Positions 1 through 13,453 of a stretch of 64,000 nt of DNA are shown here, in pieces. The notes under the pieces are model-generated. The model saw only the letters and a list, made by a program, of their open reading frames with translations, searched no databases and had not been told where the DNA came from. Positions within the stretch are counted from its first letter, which is position 1. Each line of letters starts with the position of its first letter. Location of the stretch: assembly GCA_000934665.2 (NCBI GenBank), contig KZ538412.1, forward strand, positions 1 through 64,000. Direction: 5' to 3'. The position numbers and the translations under genes were made by a program. This DNA comes from Catajapyx aquilonaris. Taxonomy: Eukaryota.

Positions 1-289
1 GAAAGGTCACGTTCCATGAGAAATATACAAATTATGTTGGTTCTCAAGTATTTGATTTATGTACCGGTATCCAAAAAACCTGTGATTTTTTTTTTTTTTT
101 TTTTGCCTTCTCAGTTCAATAGAACGTGAGCAAAGGTCGTTGACCACGGGCATCAGGTAAAAAAAATCTGACAAATGAGGCGCTACATGTCACGTGACTT
201 AATTTCTATTTGCTAATAGTTTACAAAGTTAGGCATCCATAATTATATTCTTCGACTTTATTATCATTATAATCACATACAATATTAAA

Positions 290-537
290 TGAAGACCTCG
301 GGATTAAAACGATCAAGGTCCACTTTTTGTCAAAAATGAGTAACATATCTCAGATGATAAAGTCTAGCGTAGAATATGATGGTTTGGTCGTGGTTGTGGA
401 AGAATGATCATAGGTCACTATGGAAGGCTCCGAAAGTGGGATTTACAATGGAGCCTTGTGGGCCCTCGAAATTTAAAATGCGAATATCTCAGTTTCACCT
501 GAAGTGGACCTTGATCGTTTTTATCCCGAGGTCTTCA
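290..537. mobile_element. Palindromic MITE
   Basis: TGAAGACCTCGGGATTAAAACGATCAAGGTCCACTT at 290 and its near-perfect reverse complement ending at 537; no coding content. Confidence 0.7.
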
Positions 538-1457
538 AATAAATCCTATTCATATAAGCAGATCGTTTTAATTGGATGATGCTGTGTAGAGGGTGTCTCA
601 ATTGAAAATCCTGTTGTGGTTAGCCGTTGTATTCCTCTAGTCTGATTAATACCTAGCAGTTATTATTGGTGAGCCCCGACTGCAAACTGGCAATGAAGAA
701 CATAACAGGAGGGTTTTAATTGAACTTGAAAATAAGAAAGAAAGAACTTCAGGAAAGACTGCTTAAATATAGGAGGAAAAAATGAAAAAGTTGAAGAAAT
801 AGAGATGGCATAGCTTATGTTACATTTATTTTGGTTCTATTCTCTTGGTCTGTGATTAGGTTCATATATACCAGACATGTTTGTTTTAAGTTTTCATTCA
901 GACGTAACTCAAATAAAAGGAAAACTCATATTTTTATGCTGTAGTTACTTGTGCACATATTTATGCTATGAAACCCCTCTCTATTCACTTTGGCATTACT
1001 ATTCCCACTTCCCATGAAAGCAATGCATGAAAGTTAAGAAAAAGAAGCAGGGAAAGAGCCAAAACAAATGAAAACCAGGAAAACACATGGTAATTTGTAT
1101 TTAGTCATTGCTGGTCACCCGCTTAGTTCCAGTTTTGTCAGGTTGGTAGTACATAGTTGGACGGTGTTATGCAATAATGGGTCAGCCCACAAAAATGTCA
1201 AAATTGAGTTATCTAAGATGCCTTCATGGCTGCGAATGAAACGCCATATGGGACAAGTTATACGTGAAAAGTCCAGCAGAGGAGGTGGCTTATTGTTCGT
1301 GGAGAGTACACACTTAAAAGTTTCACTCTTTCTCATTCCAAAACAAACAGTCAATGTAGATGTCTTAAATTAATGTTCTGTTGCGAGGTATTTCTTTTGA
1401 GCAATGTCTGCATGCTGGCTCACTATCATTCCATTCAACATTTTAACATGAAACACA

Positions 1458-1576
1458 GGGCTGAATTTTCGTCGTACTACTAGTTACTGCTAACTTAGTA
1501 GTACCATTGCACACTACACTGGTACTGCTAAGTTAGAAGTAACTACTATGTAAGTACTATGACGAAAATTCCACCC
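1458..1576. mobile_element. Short hairpin MITE (family also at 26232-26340)
   Basis: Self-complementary GGGCTGAATTTTCGTCGTA...TATGACGAAAATTCCACCC; a second dispersed copy lies at 26232-26340. Confidence 0.7.
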
Positions 1577-1928
1577 ACAGTCTTTAAAGACTGCTTTCCT
1601 CATCAACATACAGTATACCGTACCGGTATCCTTCTAGCATGGGGCATATTTTTTGCACATGCGTCATTGCAAAAAATTGCAACTCTGAAAAGACAGAATG
1701 AGAGTTGAGAGTTATTTTTTACCAAGGTATTTGAACATACTGTTGTCTGGTAGATGCTGTTTACCTTATGAAACATCTCTTCAATATTTTTGCAGGTTTC
1801 TCAAGCAATTCACTTTTTTTTGTTCCTGGTGTCACTGTGGTATAGTTTAGTAGCTGTTGGCAATTTGTCTTATCAGAAGTTTAGTCCAAAAGTTACTTTT
1901 ATTGTTATAGGTAGATTCGACAAAGAAT

Positions 1929-2901
1929 ATGGAAAAAGAAGAGAATGTACCTGTCCCTCCCGTGACGACCCCTGCTCAGGGAATGAGTGGACAGTCACTC
2001 AAGAGAAAGCGTCCCTTCGAGGAGGATCTTCAGAATAGGTCGAAAAAAGAATGTTGTGATCGGACCTTTTACTGCAAGAACACCCCGAACAACGAAGAGG
2101 TAAGGCTAATACATTATAGGAGAGTCGGTGCATGTCAAACACACTGCAGAGGAAGGGTCCATCATTGAAAAATATTCCCATCATTATAGCAGGTACCAAT
2201 ATAAATAAGTTATAATCAAAGAGGTGTCTCACTTGATAAAAACACTAAATCAGAGGGGTGTCCTGTTTCATAACTGTATGCATTGATCCCAAAAATATGC
2301 TGATGGTTTAAGGATTGTTATTTTACCTTCCCCACCCCTTCTCTCCTCACAGACCACGGGTTTCTGGTCATCCGCCCAGCTGACTAAACTCTATCCAGGA
2401 CAAGCAGACCAGGGTTTGGAGGTCAATTTCCCACCCGTAAGCCCGATCCCAGGCTGCAGTAAGGACCTGGAAAATGTGGAACCAGTCATCCCTCAGGAGG
2501 ACTCCCCAGTCAACTTCCTCGCCCTGGAACGTCAATTTTCCCCAATCTTCAGCAAGACCAAGGGTGGGCGGCATGATATGCTGGCTATCGAAAGTAAGCT
2601 TACAGAGTTGTCAGTTTCAAAGGAGGAGTCCCCACGGAAGGAGGAGCCTCCAAGGAAGGAAATGGGCCACTCATCGGAATCCATGGAGCAGCACATGCTG
2701 GGTGAAATGCCCGGCATGCAATTAAGTTTCCGCTCGCAAACATCATGTTCGCCCCATTTGAAGAGCCCTTCTATTTCTCCGATATCATCAACGTCTCCGC
2801 AGAACTCTCCAGGCATGGAATGCCTAGATGATGATCTGCAGGAGTGCAAGAAAGCCAGCAAGCCGGCCCAGACAGTGCTAGATCCAAGGGAACAGGGATA
2901 A
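1929..2901 (+). CDS. Putative Ser/Pro/Glu-rich protein of unknown function (at least 2 exons, may be 5'-incomplete)
   Basis: Exons 1929-2099 (donor GAG|gtaagg) and 2353-2901 (acceptor ctcacag|) join in phase 0 to give 239 aa. An upstream acceptor ttgttatag| at 1910 is also in frame. Basic LKRKR stretch; AATAAA near 3259. No family recognised. Confidence 0.5.
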
Positions 2902-3313
2902 GCATATATGTTGTCTGGATCCGACCACCCCTCCTATACTAGTATCGCTAATGATGAATATTCCACGTTTCCACTCAAATGTAGGCCTATATGGAGAAAA
3001 CAAAATACGGTACTGCAATTATCTGCTTATATGGATTTTATGTCCATGCAGGCGGTTATCAATTATTTTGATGGGGGGGGGGGGGGNTGGAGGGATGTTG
3101 TGGGTCTATTGGAATGTACATAAAATTAACACAGGTGTCGTCGTGTACATATGAAATTAATGAAGATGTTGTTAGTACAAAGTACAAACATTGGCTAATA
3201 ACGTTAGGATAATATTATTGCCGTGGGTAAGTTGTTTGACCCCCAATAACGTTTTGTAATAAAAGTTTGTTAAAATGATCTGGAGTTTTTAAAATAGCTA
3301 TTACAGGCTTAAT

Positions 3314-3543
3314 TAGCCCTGTGCGATATTTCGATACATCGATTGTCGATACGATATTTTCCTAATATCGAAGTTGCGATATCCGACGTTTGGCATGTGC
3401 GATGTATCGAATATCGCGATTTTTCGATGTCGGTTTTCGATTTTTTTCAATGTCGGTTTTTCGATATTAGATATATCGACTTCGATTCGATATTTTTTAA
3501 GTATCGGAAGTCGATATGCAATTTCGGATATCGCACTGCCCTA
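3314..3543. mobile_element. TCGAT-rich MITE-like repeat
   Basis: Imperfect TIRs TAGCCCTGTGCGATA / TATCGCACTGCCCTA; the interior is made of repeated TCGAT/CGATA words. Confidence 0.55.
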
Positions 3544-3827
3544 CAAATGGTTGTTGACATTACGGTTTTTGCAGTAATGCAAAGCAGAGGACATAAATGC
3601 AACTTGTCCTTTTAGCCCAGTCATTTTCGATTAGATTTTGGTCGAACCTTGCAAAAAATCGTGTAAAGCTGGAAATTGGTACAGAGGTATACTATTCGAC
3701 CCCCTGAAGACTGAACAAGACACTAAAAGTCCTGAGAAATCCGAAGACCGGAACATGGTTTTTAACAAGCATAAAGGTCCTAAGTGACAAAAGCAGCAAA
3801 AAACATCGACATTTCACTCCAGAGTGA

Positions 3828-4799
3828 GCAGTTAGGCTCGAAATCACCCCAGAATGCTCGTAAGTAACTTGTTTTAATCGTGAGGGTGTGGGTGTAATCA
3901 CAGATCCAGACTTTGGCCGGAAGAATTTTAAACACAGGAAGAAAAGGTCATTTTATTAAATATTACAAATACAGGTTTATATGATTACACAGGCCCACAA
4001 AATTTAATATTTATCTTGGGTGCCTTGAAGGTTAGACCGATTTTAGGGTATACCTGTGGCGCTGATTCCAAAACTGGCATCCGTTGTGTCCCATCAGCGC
4101 TGGATTTTGAGATATATCGTTTAAAAATTGGACCGGTTTACTTTCCGAATCCAGTGAGCCGAAATATTTTTACATCTTCTCAGATCTTGGCGAAAATAAT
4201 CACAGATGTACAGATATATTCCATAATTCTGGTTATCACATTTCACCCACATTGCGCAATACCATTTGGAGGGAAAAAATCGAGAAACTTTGAAAATGGC
4301 CGAAAATTAGGCCTCTTTTGAAGATTTTTTTCGGTTAGTGGAATTGGTCAAAACCTAATGAACATATATATCAAAAGAAAGACACACCAGGAGAATGCGC
4401 CTATGGAGTTAGTTGTTCTCTAAAATGTAACTAGAATAATCTGGAATAATCTGAGAAGATGTAAAAAGATTTCGGCTCACTTGATTCGGAAAGTAAACAG
4501 GTCCAAACTTTAAAACGATATACTGTATCTCAAAATCCCAACGGATGCCAGTTTTGGAATCAGCGCCACAGGTATATCCTGAAATCGGTCTAACCTTCAA
4601 GGCACCCAAGATAAATATTCAATTTTGTGGGCCTGTGTAATCATATAACCTGTATTTGTAATATTTAATAAAATGACCTTTTCTTACTGTTTTTAAAATT
4701 CTGCCGGCCAAAGTCTGGATCTGTGATTACACCCACACACCCTCACGATTAAAACAAGTTACTTACGAGCATTCTGGGGGTGATTTCGAGCCAAACTGC
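3828..4799. mobile_element. Large foldback / non-autonomous DNA element
   Basis: Arms 3828-4185 and 4449-4799 are reverse complements of about 350 bp. This explains the mirrored ORFs at 4016+ and 4409-. Confidence 0.75.
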
Positions 4800-5774
4800 G
4801 AGGCGCTTATTGTGAGTTTTGAATCCACACCATTTACTGTCCGTCTTGTGTCGCCGCAGGCGCGCCAGCGAACACTATTGTGGCTTTGCCAACCTTCAGG
4901 TTTATTAATAATGAAAAAGGCTGTTCCCGTTGTGTTGGTGTCATCTGTATGGATTTGGGGGCACCGCACCAATACTGCCTGTCTCATTATTGTGGCGCCG
5001 CAAGCCAACGAACATTATTGCGGCTTTGCGAACCTTCAACCTGATGCTGATATACGTAATTGTGCCCTCGTGTTCAATAAATTTTTCATTACGAACGATT
5101 TGATGTACACCAGCCAATCCCGTTTGGCAACATTGTTGGTGTTCCAAACAACCTGCAGACAAATGGCACAGCAGCCAGTTGACCTGCGGCCAGTTGCCAG
5201 GCAGCCAGTTGACATGCAGCCAGTTGTTGTAGATTCCTTTATCAGCATGAAAATTTGAGGTGGTCTCGCGTAACTGTGCGGGTTGGGCCGGGGGAGAGGG
5301 TTATTTAAAAATAATAAAACTGCCAATGGTTATTATCAATGACATATTACTTCCCCAAAGAACCTGCTGATAGTAACTAAAAGTACTGGCAGTTGTATAT
5401 GCATAATCGAAAATGGATATAAACATGACATACACAACAAGCAGTGTTACCAAGAATTTGTTTTATTATTTTCTTTAGTGTTAAGTCACAGCCAACTTCT
5501 TGCAAAACAACTAAAAAACATCCTCATTCACCAATTTAATTGTCACTCAAGTTTGCCATTATATGTCAAAAGTATCATACAAGAATATATTTGATATTTT
5601 CACTTCTTTCTATAAGTTTCACTACGAAATAAAATCCTGGGACATTTTGGCACTTGGCAAAAATGTGAGCAACACTAGCCTGTTGACACCCCTACACTTC
5701 GTTCTCCCTGAACCAATGAACCATTGACACAAAAGGAAAGAAATTGCACAAGCCTGAGAATGCAGTCTGTGCCT

Positions 5775-8700
5775 TCATAACACAAAGATCAAGCTGAGAG
5801 TCACTATCACAAAACACAATGCCAGATGGACTCTGGCAGCACATGATGGATGGTGATCTTCATGAGTAGCTCTGGTTGTGGTGCTGGTGGACATCTGCTC
5901 TTCGGCCTTATGCAAGGCGTAGTTGACCGAGCGAAGCAAAGGATACCGTGTCCCTCCACATGCCCCATGAAAGTCATCAGTGTCTATGCTCCAGATCATC
6001 ACACCCTTCAAACCTTTTTCAGAGGCAAACTTGGCCTGAAACAAGCAGAGTTGACTATGAGAATGGCTGTCAGCATGACGGCTAGAGGCTTACCTTCAAA
6101 GAGATGCTCTCGGGGTCATCGAAGCTGACCCAGTGATTGCCTGAGTACATGTAGGGAGCTTGGTGTTTTGACATTTCCTGCTGCCAAGGACCACTTACAT
6201 CGTAGGAGAATCCGTTCACTCGGGTTGGAGTTGTTCCAGTTAGTATTTCACATATCTGGAAGATTATACAGTTGCAATGAACAAGCCTTTTCCATTTCGA
6301 CATGAAGGTACTCGCCTCGTTGTATCCTAAAAATCCATTTTCACCAGTATACGGCCCTTTGAACCCTTTGTCTACAGCTGGAGCTCCCATTCCTGTGTTG
6401 CTGGGGTCCCTCAATAAGAATGTTCGTCCATAGAAGGGGAGACCCAACACCAACTTGTTGGCAGGTACACCCATCTTCATAAATAGTTCCACAGAGTACA
6501 TCTGAAGGATAAATTAGTCTTTCACTTGCTGGCAAACAAATTGGTTATGTACTAGTCTAGTAGTTACTAACCAAATTGAGCTGACGAGCATCTTCAGATT
6601 CCCCTGGTCGAGAAGTTAGAGGGGCATTATGACCAGTAACTGGGTCCCAACTTCCATGGTAGTCGTAGGTCATGAGATGTACGTGATCCAAGAGCTCGCT
6701 CAGAGGGACCAGGTCATACGATGTGCTGACTTCGTTCGGAGCTACGCCAAAAGCAGCAGTCAGCAACCATCCGTATTTAGAGAACTCTGTCCTCAATTCC
6801 TGCAAGAACATTGGAAATGATATATGTGATATATGTGCACGCTGTCGCAGTGAAAAGGAAAGGTTACAAGGAGAAACTTCCGATGCTACATCAGGTATCT
6901 GACCAGAAGGAGAAAGGGAAAGATTCTCATCGACAGAACACCATAGTTGACGTCGTAGCACGCATTTGGGGTTTCCGGTTCCCTAAACGAGGCTAGATGA
7001 GCCTTTCCCAATGAGAACGAGTTCAAGTGACGTCACAATGCCTTGGGGTCGGGAATTTTCAATAGTCACTGTACTATAATCATTCAGATGGTCAACCAAT
7101 GGTCTATCTGCCATTAATATCAATAGCAACAATTCTTTCTTACCTGTACAAGGTGGACAAAATTGGCTCTATCTTGCGGTTTACCCCCTCTGCGTGTTGG
7201 GAATTCCCAGTCCAAGTCAAATCCATCGAAGCCATACTTCCTGCAAATCGAGTGCGTTGTATTCAGTGTAATAGAGTGTAAAGTTCCTTTTCACTTACCG
7301 TATAAAATTCACGACACTTTTAATAAATGATTGCCGTCTTCCTCGGGAATCCACCATATTAGAATAGTTTTCAGATCCCTCATTCCAACCTCCAATGGCT
7401 AATAGCACTTTTAAGTGTGAATTCTGCCTTTTTAGTGCGGTCATCTTCTTGTACCAACCTGAAAGACATTGAATTCAGACAACTACTAGTAGGTTCACGA
7501 AAGTGGTAGCCATACAGTCCAATATATTATCCCAAAAAATTGTCCTCTAGTCTTACAAACATAATCACAAGAGAGACTCTCAATATTGTTTATCAAAATG
7601 CAATAAATATCCGGACAGTACAGGACAATGTTGCTGGGCATGCACGAATAAATGGGTTAGGTTTATAAAGGTTATTTGGATACACATTCATTTATAGTCA
7701 CAGCAGGTCCACAGATATAACTCGAAACACTTATATAGGTACCATGTTGTCCTTGCTCGTCAGATTCCAGGTCCAGATTGGGATCCAGGCTTCTAATGGT
7801 GTATGTTTCATTGTTGATTCCTGCGAAACTGTATACAATGTGTGTGCACACACTGGGGTCCAGGTTACTCAGGTCAAATGAGCCATTGCCAGGCCTGTAG
7901 AATGCCCAGGTTCCCACGTAACATACCACCACTTTGTGATGATTGAACACGGCTATAAAACAAAAAAAACGCATATTTACTATATCCATAAACTCGTTTC
8001 TGTATAATAATATGCAACCTGCACGAATAATGATGAGTTGTAATGAAATGGCTTCATACAGACAACAATGCACATAACAGGTGAAAGGACTGCACTGTTA
8101 CAGTGTGTCCAAGAATTTGGGTCCTTGAAAATTAATGGCATATCTGCAAAACATATAACTATTATTTTATCGCGAGCTATGCATGACCCAGGATTGCAAC
8201 TGAACATATTTAATCTTGTATGGGTCACAACACCTGTCACCAAATAATATGGCTGCTCTTACGCATTTATAGATCACTAATTGTTGGGGTCTAAATACTT
8301 GGACATGATTGTGACTGATGGAATACCACACACGTTATTCTGGTTACATTTTCGAGGAAAACAAATACCATAGGCGCATTCCCCTCGTGTTTCGCTTTCA
8401 TTTGATGTACTATATGTTGATCGGGTTTTGACCACTTTCAATAACCGGAAAAAATGATCCAATAAAGGTCCCATTTCCATATTTTTGCGGTTCTCCACGG
8501 TTATTCGGAATTTGGCTGAAACTTGAAATGCAGTGTTATGGCATAAGTGTGTACAGCTGTGATTTTTTCAGCAAAATCCGAGATGGTATATACGTATAGC
8601 AACATTTTTATGCCCACCGCCCCACTTGATTGGGGAAAACCCCTATATTTTAGGATTTTCGTTTGTTGACTGCCCCTAGGTCAAAAGCAAATTGCAGAGA

Positions 8701-11700
8701 AAATGAATGGTCATTATGAGTTACAAGTGACCTAAGTAACATGGACATATCGATAAATTTCCATGGACAGAAAAATAGTTGATTTTTGTTGCATAGTGTT
8801 ATCAAAACATTAACTTGATGTTCTTATGATCTCTCAGATTGTAAATGGCAAAATAGTCAGTGGGACCAGGATCTTCGCGCTCTACTTCTATCATCATTTA
8901 TCACCTCAAATTAACGAAGAGAATTAGCCTATGTAATAATAGTACCGGTAGGTGAAAACAGGGCCGGATCTACGAAATTTCGGAGGGGGGGCAGAAACCT
9001 TTCCTGCCGCCCCCCACCCCCACCCCCGCAGTTTGAAAGTTTGGTTTCATTTTTCTGACATGGATCTTCTGCACTTCAGGCAGTGGCGCATGCAAAATGT
9101 TCTTTTTGGGAGGGAGCTGGCAGGCGAGGAAGCCTGCCGCAGGCGAAAATTTTTGTGTGTTCAAGGCCACACAAGCTGAGGATGCTAAATTTCTTTCTGC
9201 CAGAAAGAAATATCATCTTCAGCGTTGTTTTGCATTTCTGGGAAAGAGTCCCTAGCTTGGTCCCTAGGATGCACTACAGTTTTGACTACCAGTCCAAATA
9301 ATATACTGTTTGCAGATATTTTCGTAATGAACGCACGTCTTGTCATTGTCCCGGGCAATACACAGGAGAAGGGTTAGCATGAAAGCTTTCTGCAGGACAA
9401 GAAGGTTAATAACTATTTCAGATCTGCATATTGCACTTGAAAGGAGTTCTGCTTAGGTGGCTGTAGTTTTGTCGTTACAAGTTCACAAACAATTCCAGTG
9501 TTGTCAACGTACATTAGCGGGTTTTCGATCATTACAGAGCCGTGCTTCCCAATCTTTTTCGGATAGTTGCGTAAAATTCGCGACCACCACTTCCAATTCA
9601 ACCCTACCCCTTTCCTTTGGTGGTAGTTAATTACAATAATCGCTAAATTAACACATCTCGTTTACGGGCAAATTTTCTAGAGAGATAGAATCAATATGCA
9701 CAAATAACTACGTAGTTAACCTTCCTCGCGACCCCGAAGGGTCGCGACCGCAAAACGGAAAAGTACACAACAGCGGCGGATTTCCCATTAGGCACAGTAT
9801 GCACTGGCCTAGGGGCGGCCGCGAGTTGCAATAAATATATTTCTCAAATACAATAATAGGAAATTAAGGCGAGATCACTAAGAAAATCGATTTTTTGAGA
9901 GCTTGATTTGCCACTACAGGCAGAAAAGGTCATTGCCGAAGGGCGGCAGCCCTCTGGTCGGCCATAACTTTCAATATCATATTTTAAAATAAAATAGCAT
10001 TAAATGAAGGAGAGAACACAATTTAAAAATTTGCATTTTTAAGCGTCAGGCCGGGGGAGGGGGGGGGCGGCCGTATCCCACGTGCCTAAGGGCGGCCGGG
10101 GGGGNNNNNNNNNNNNNNNNNNNNNNNNNNNNNNNNNNNNNNNNNNNNNNNNNNNNNNNNNNNNNNNNNNNNNNNNNNNNNNNNNNNNCCCCCCCCCCCC
10201 CCCCTAGATCCGGCCCTGCTCCCCTTAAGGAAGGTGATTTCAGACAGGCAAAAGGTTAATCTATAGCTTAGAAGGCCGGATGATCGAATCCCACTCTTAT
10301 GGTAACCTTCCATTTTTATATTAGAAATTTATCCGGCAAATATTTATAATAAAAAAATTTCTGTCGCCTTACCAGCTACGATTGGTTCATCATTTTTCTA
10401 GGAACAAAATGCTTGACAATAAAATAACTGACATATTATCCTGATGTGGACACTGCATTTTTATTCTCATCATTCACAATCCTCTTTACGTGGCAGTTAA
10501 AATGGAAGCAAACACTATTATGTTGCCTGGAACTGGTTTTTGCCCTTCAAAATAGTACTAACTTTACGGACTTTTAAGACAAAATTACTCACATCCAGAG
10601 AGCCTCAATAATCACAGTTTTATGCAGCCTCATTATGCTTATTTCGGGGTTTCTGGGCCTGTCAACTTCGCCCTTTGGTAACTATTAGGACAGTAGTTTT
10701 TCTCCCCCTCTATATCTATCATTCGATCTTTTCGGTTGAACTATCCGCGTTTTAATAATATCACTTACAACTGGTAACTCCTATATTTCCGCATCATTCA
10801 TGGGGCCTATTTATGTGAAGGACCCATCGAGAACGAAATATGACGCGGTCCTAATTGGATGTAGCGCTTAACTACCTGGAAATCCGTGATCTATAATTTT
10901 AAAAAGGTTCAAATGAACCATTATTCCTTCCTGCGAGATGGCATTGTACTGACTACATCCCTGCCTCTTCTTAATGGTACAAACACGACCTCATTCCCAA
11001 AGAAGTACCGTTTGGCCGTAAATAGTTTTAAAAGAATGTAGGGTGGCACAGTGCCTTTCACCTCTGAGGTCCCTAGATCGATCCCCTGGATCGGCATACA
11101 TCGGAGGAAGTCTGGAACATGTATTTTTCAATTTCTTGACGAACTTCAGAATATCCTGCCTTTACAGCGTTCATGTGGCTATGCAATAGATATGTTCAGC
11201 TGTAATCGTAGTATTCGTAGATAACTATAAAATACAGTACAGTACCAACCTGGAAGTGCACGGTTCAGTTCTAGTTTTGAACATGATTGTGTCCCATCTG
11301 ATAGCTTGCTAGTTATTGAACGTCTTTAATTTTTGGGAGAGAAGCTGATATAATTACTTTTTAATATATATGCGTCCCAGTAAAATTAAAGTACTGACAT
11401 ACGAGTTACTCTTGCAAAACAGGTTACTACAGTACGTGTTGCCAGGGAGAATACTGAAATAATGCTATCTTGATGTAACACTGGTAAATAAAACGCCAAC
11501 AAGCAGAGCATGACTTTCACATATTATACAATACGACGAGATATAATGTATACTATGTTCTATTTCTTACGTCTCTGCAGTAATCAAAAAATCAACATCT
11601 TTGATTTAAATCTACCATTGTTTCCTCTGGTTAGGTACTTGTATTTTAAGCCATCATATTTCTTATCCTCTCAGTTATTATCATTATGACTCTAAAAGCA

Positions 11701-12410
11701 TCCATCCCCAAACAACAGAGAGGTTATGAAAGGGTATCGCATGTGTTTATATTTTTATCCTTGCACAGTGAGGAGCAGGTGACCTAAACACACTCTGCCA
11801 TTTCAACTGACCTTTATGAGCAAATCAAAAGTGAAAACGTCTGGTATACTTTGCAGGAAGAATCCTTGCGAAGGTACGGAGAAAACGGCGATGAAATGTG
11901 AATTTGACAAGTACTAAAAAATGCAACGTGACACAATTGCTGCCAGACATCGGATCTAAATAATAAATAGTTAAACATTTGGATCAAGCGCGGTTTTTTC
12001 AGCCAGATAGGTTGTGAACTCCACATTTTCAGCTCACATCATTTTTCCGACTCCGACATAACTGTGAACATGTCACTACCGTTATACGCCTTTCACTATC
12101 CTTCCTCTATAATAACAGCAATCAGTGACGCCCCACAACCAAATGAAGACATGCACAAACCGGCTGTGCACTCAGTACACCCACAGGAATGCAGCATTCT
12201 ATGCACAATTCCGTAAGCCGTAAGTGAAAGTACAAACGTAACGATATGCTCCACTTGCCCTTGCGTCCATTCACCTCACACCCCATCTGTCATCTACGAT
12301 TCTTCAAACTTACTTGACAACCTCAGAGGCGGTGACAAATCATGATGAGACCCATACAGTCCAGGCAACAATGCACTAAGTGCTAGAAGACTGAAACACC
12401 AGACGGACAT
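5775..12410 (-). CDS. Glycoside hydrolase family 18 chitinase (chitinase-2-like), with signal peptide and hydrophobic C-terminal tail, 466 aa
   Basis: Exons 12410-12314, 7952-7743, 7458-7299, 7240-7144, 6799-6572, 6501-6316, 6255-6094 and 6035-5775 are all phase-consistent (1401 nt). Motifs: VVCYVGTW, KVLLAIGGWNEGS, catalytic FDGFDLDWEFP, MTYDYHG, KLVLGLPFYG, GYNE|IC, GVMIWSIDTDDF. Confidence 0.95.
8959..10218. mobile_element. hAT-like MITE end(s) in chitinase intron 1, spanning an assembly gap
   Basis: CAGGGCCGGATCTA at 8959 and TAGATCCGGCCCTG ending at 10218. The 8-bp flanks do not match and an N gap intervenes, so these may be two separate copies. Confidence 0.4.
10105..10188. other. Assembly gap (N run between G and C homopolymers)
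   Basis: Run of N. Confidence 0.95.
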
Positions 12411-13216
12411 GGCGTGTCTGGTGTGCAGACAAGACCTAGACCAACTGCTGCCTACCTCCAAGACTAAAGACTTCAAGGCCGGCAGGGCACCTGCCTTTCC
12501 TTTCCAACCCACTTGTTTCAGGGCTGCAACTCCCTCTATGTCTTTTCCTTAGTTTCTAGTGCAATAGGGTGTGGGAACTGCTTGTGGTTGTTTATCAATC
12601 TGTGATACAAATGACTGCCCGGATGACTGTGGTTGCTGCAAAGAGGAAACTCCTTGACTTTACAAATAAGGCACAAGAAGTTTCTGGACTGATTTTTTTA
12701 TTTATTTATTTCATATATATATATAATTTTTACTTGTAATTCTGCAAAGTTCTCTTGGAAACACGAACAAAAAATATAGCAAAAAAAAAAGGCACTACAA
12801 GACGACTTGGTGCAACATTGCTGCGTTCATCACCTGTTGTCATATTTACACTTTCGTACTCACAGGAACAACTGCAACAGCGGTAATGATTGGCAGCACT
12901 TACAGGCGCGCTTGTTATCAACCTTTCATTCACCCAGCATCAGCTGGTGATACATTATCACAATCACCGAATATATTACCATATTCCAAAAGGCTGCGGA
13001 GAAGTTTTAATTTTACAAAAACATTCAACATAGCCACATGGTGGCACATGTCTGTAGCTATCACTATAGGTACCCAAGTTGTAGGTACAAAGCCCATGTT
13101 GATCCAAATGTTTTGTAGGCAATCAAAAGCGTGAAGGTCATTCAGTACATGGTCTGAGTGCTAAAAGCTCCCCTTCAAGTGTCCACGTATGAACAGCCAT
13201 TTGCCGTCAGACACTG

Positions 13217-13453
13217 TTGTGTGTTCTGCAGAAATTCAAGTGGAACGTCTTTGAGCATTCTCAGTATGGTTCATACTTTGCACCAAGTGACATTCACTTC
13301 ACAACCTACACAAAATTTTTGGCAGGGAAAATAGTGGATGTCCAAGATAGTGGCGATGAGTGCTGGACACAGGCTTACAAATTCTGGTACCAAGGTTGGA
13401 AAAATGTTTCAATTAACAGGGCTTGCGTGGTGACAGCTAGAGACATGCTATGA
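13217..13453 (+). pseudogene. Decayed mariner transposase C-terminal fragment
   Basis: KFKWNVFEHSQYGSYFAPSDIHF resembles the mariner W..L.HPPYSPDLAPSDFHLF motif. Confidence 0.6.

Noticed and set aside
4016..4609. ORFs 4016+ and 4409- starting with the same peptide MGALKVRPI
   Set aside because: Mirror translations of the two arms of one inverted repeat. The same applies to 15119-/15123+, 27870-/28024+ and 29620+/30114-.
4812..5326. 148-aa and 96-aa ORFs containing a short CAGCCAGTTG tandem repeat
   Set aside because: No recognisable domain or splice support; likely repeat-derived.
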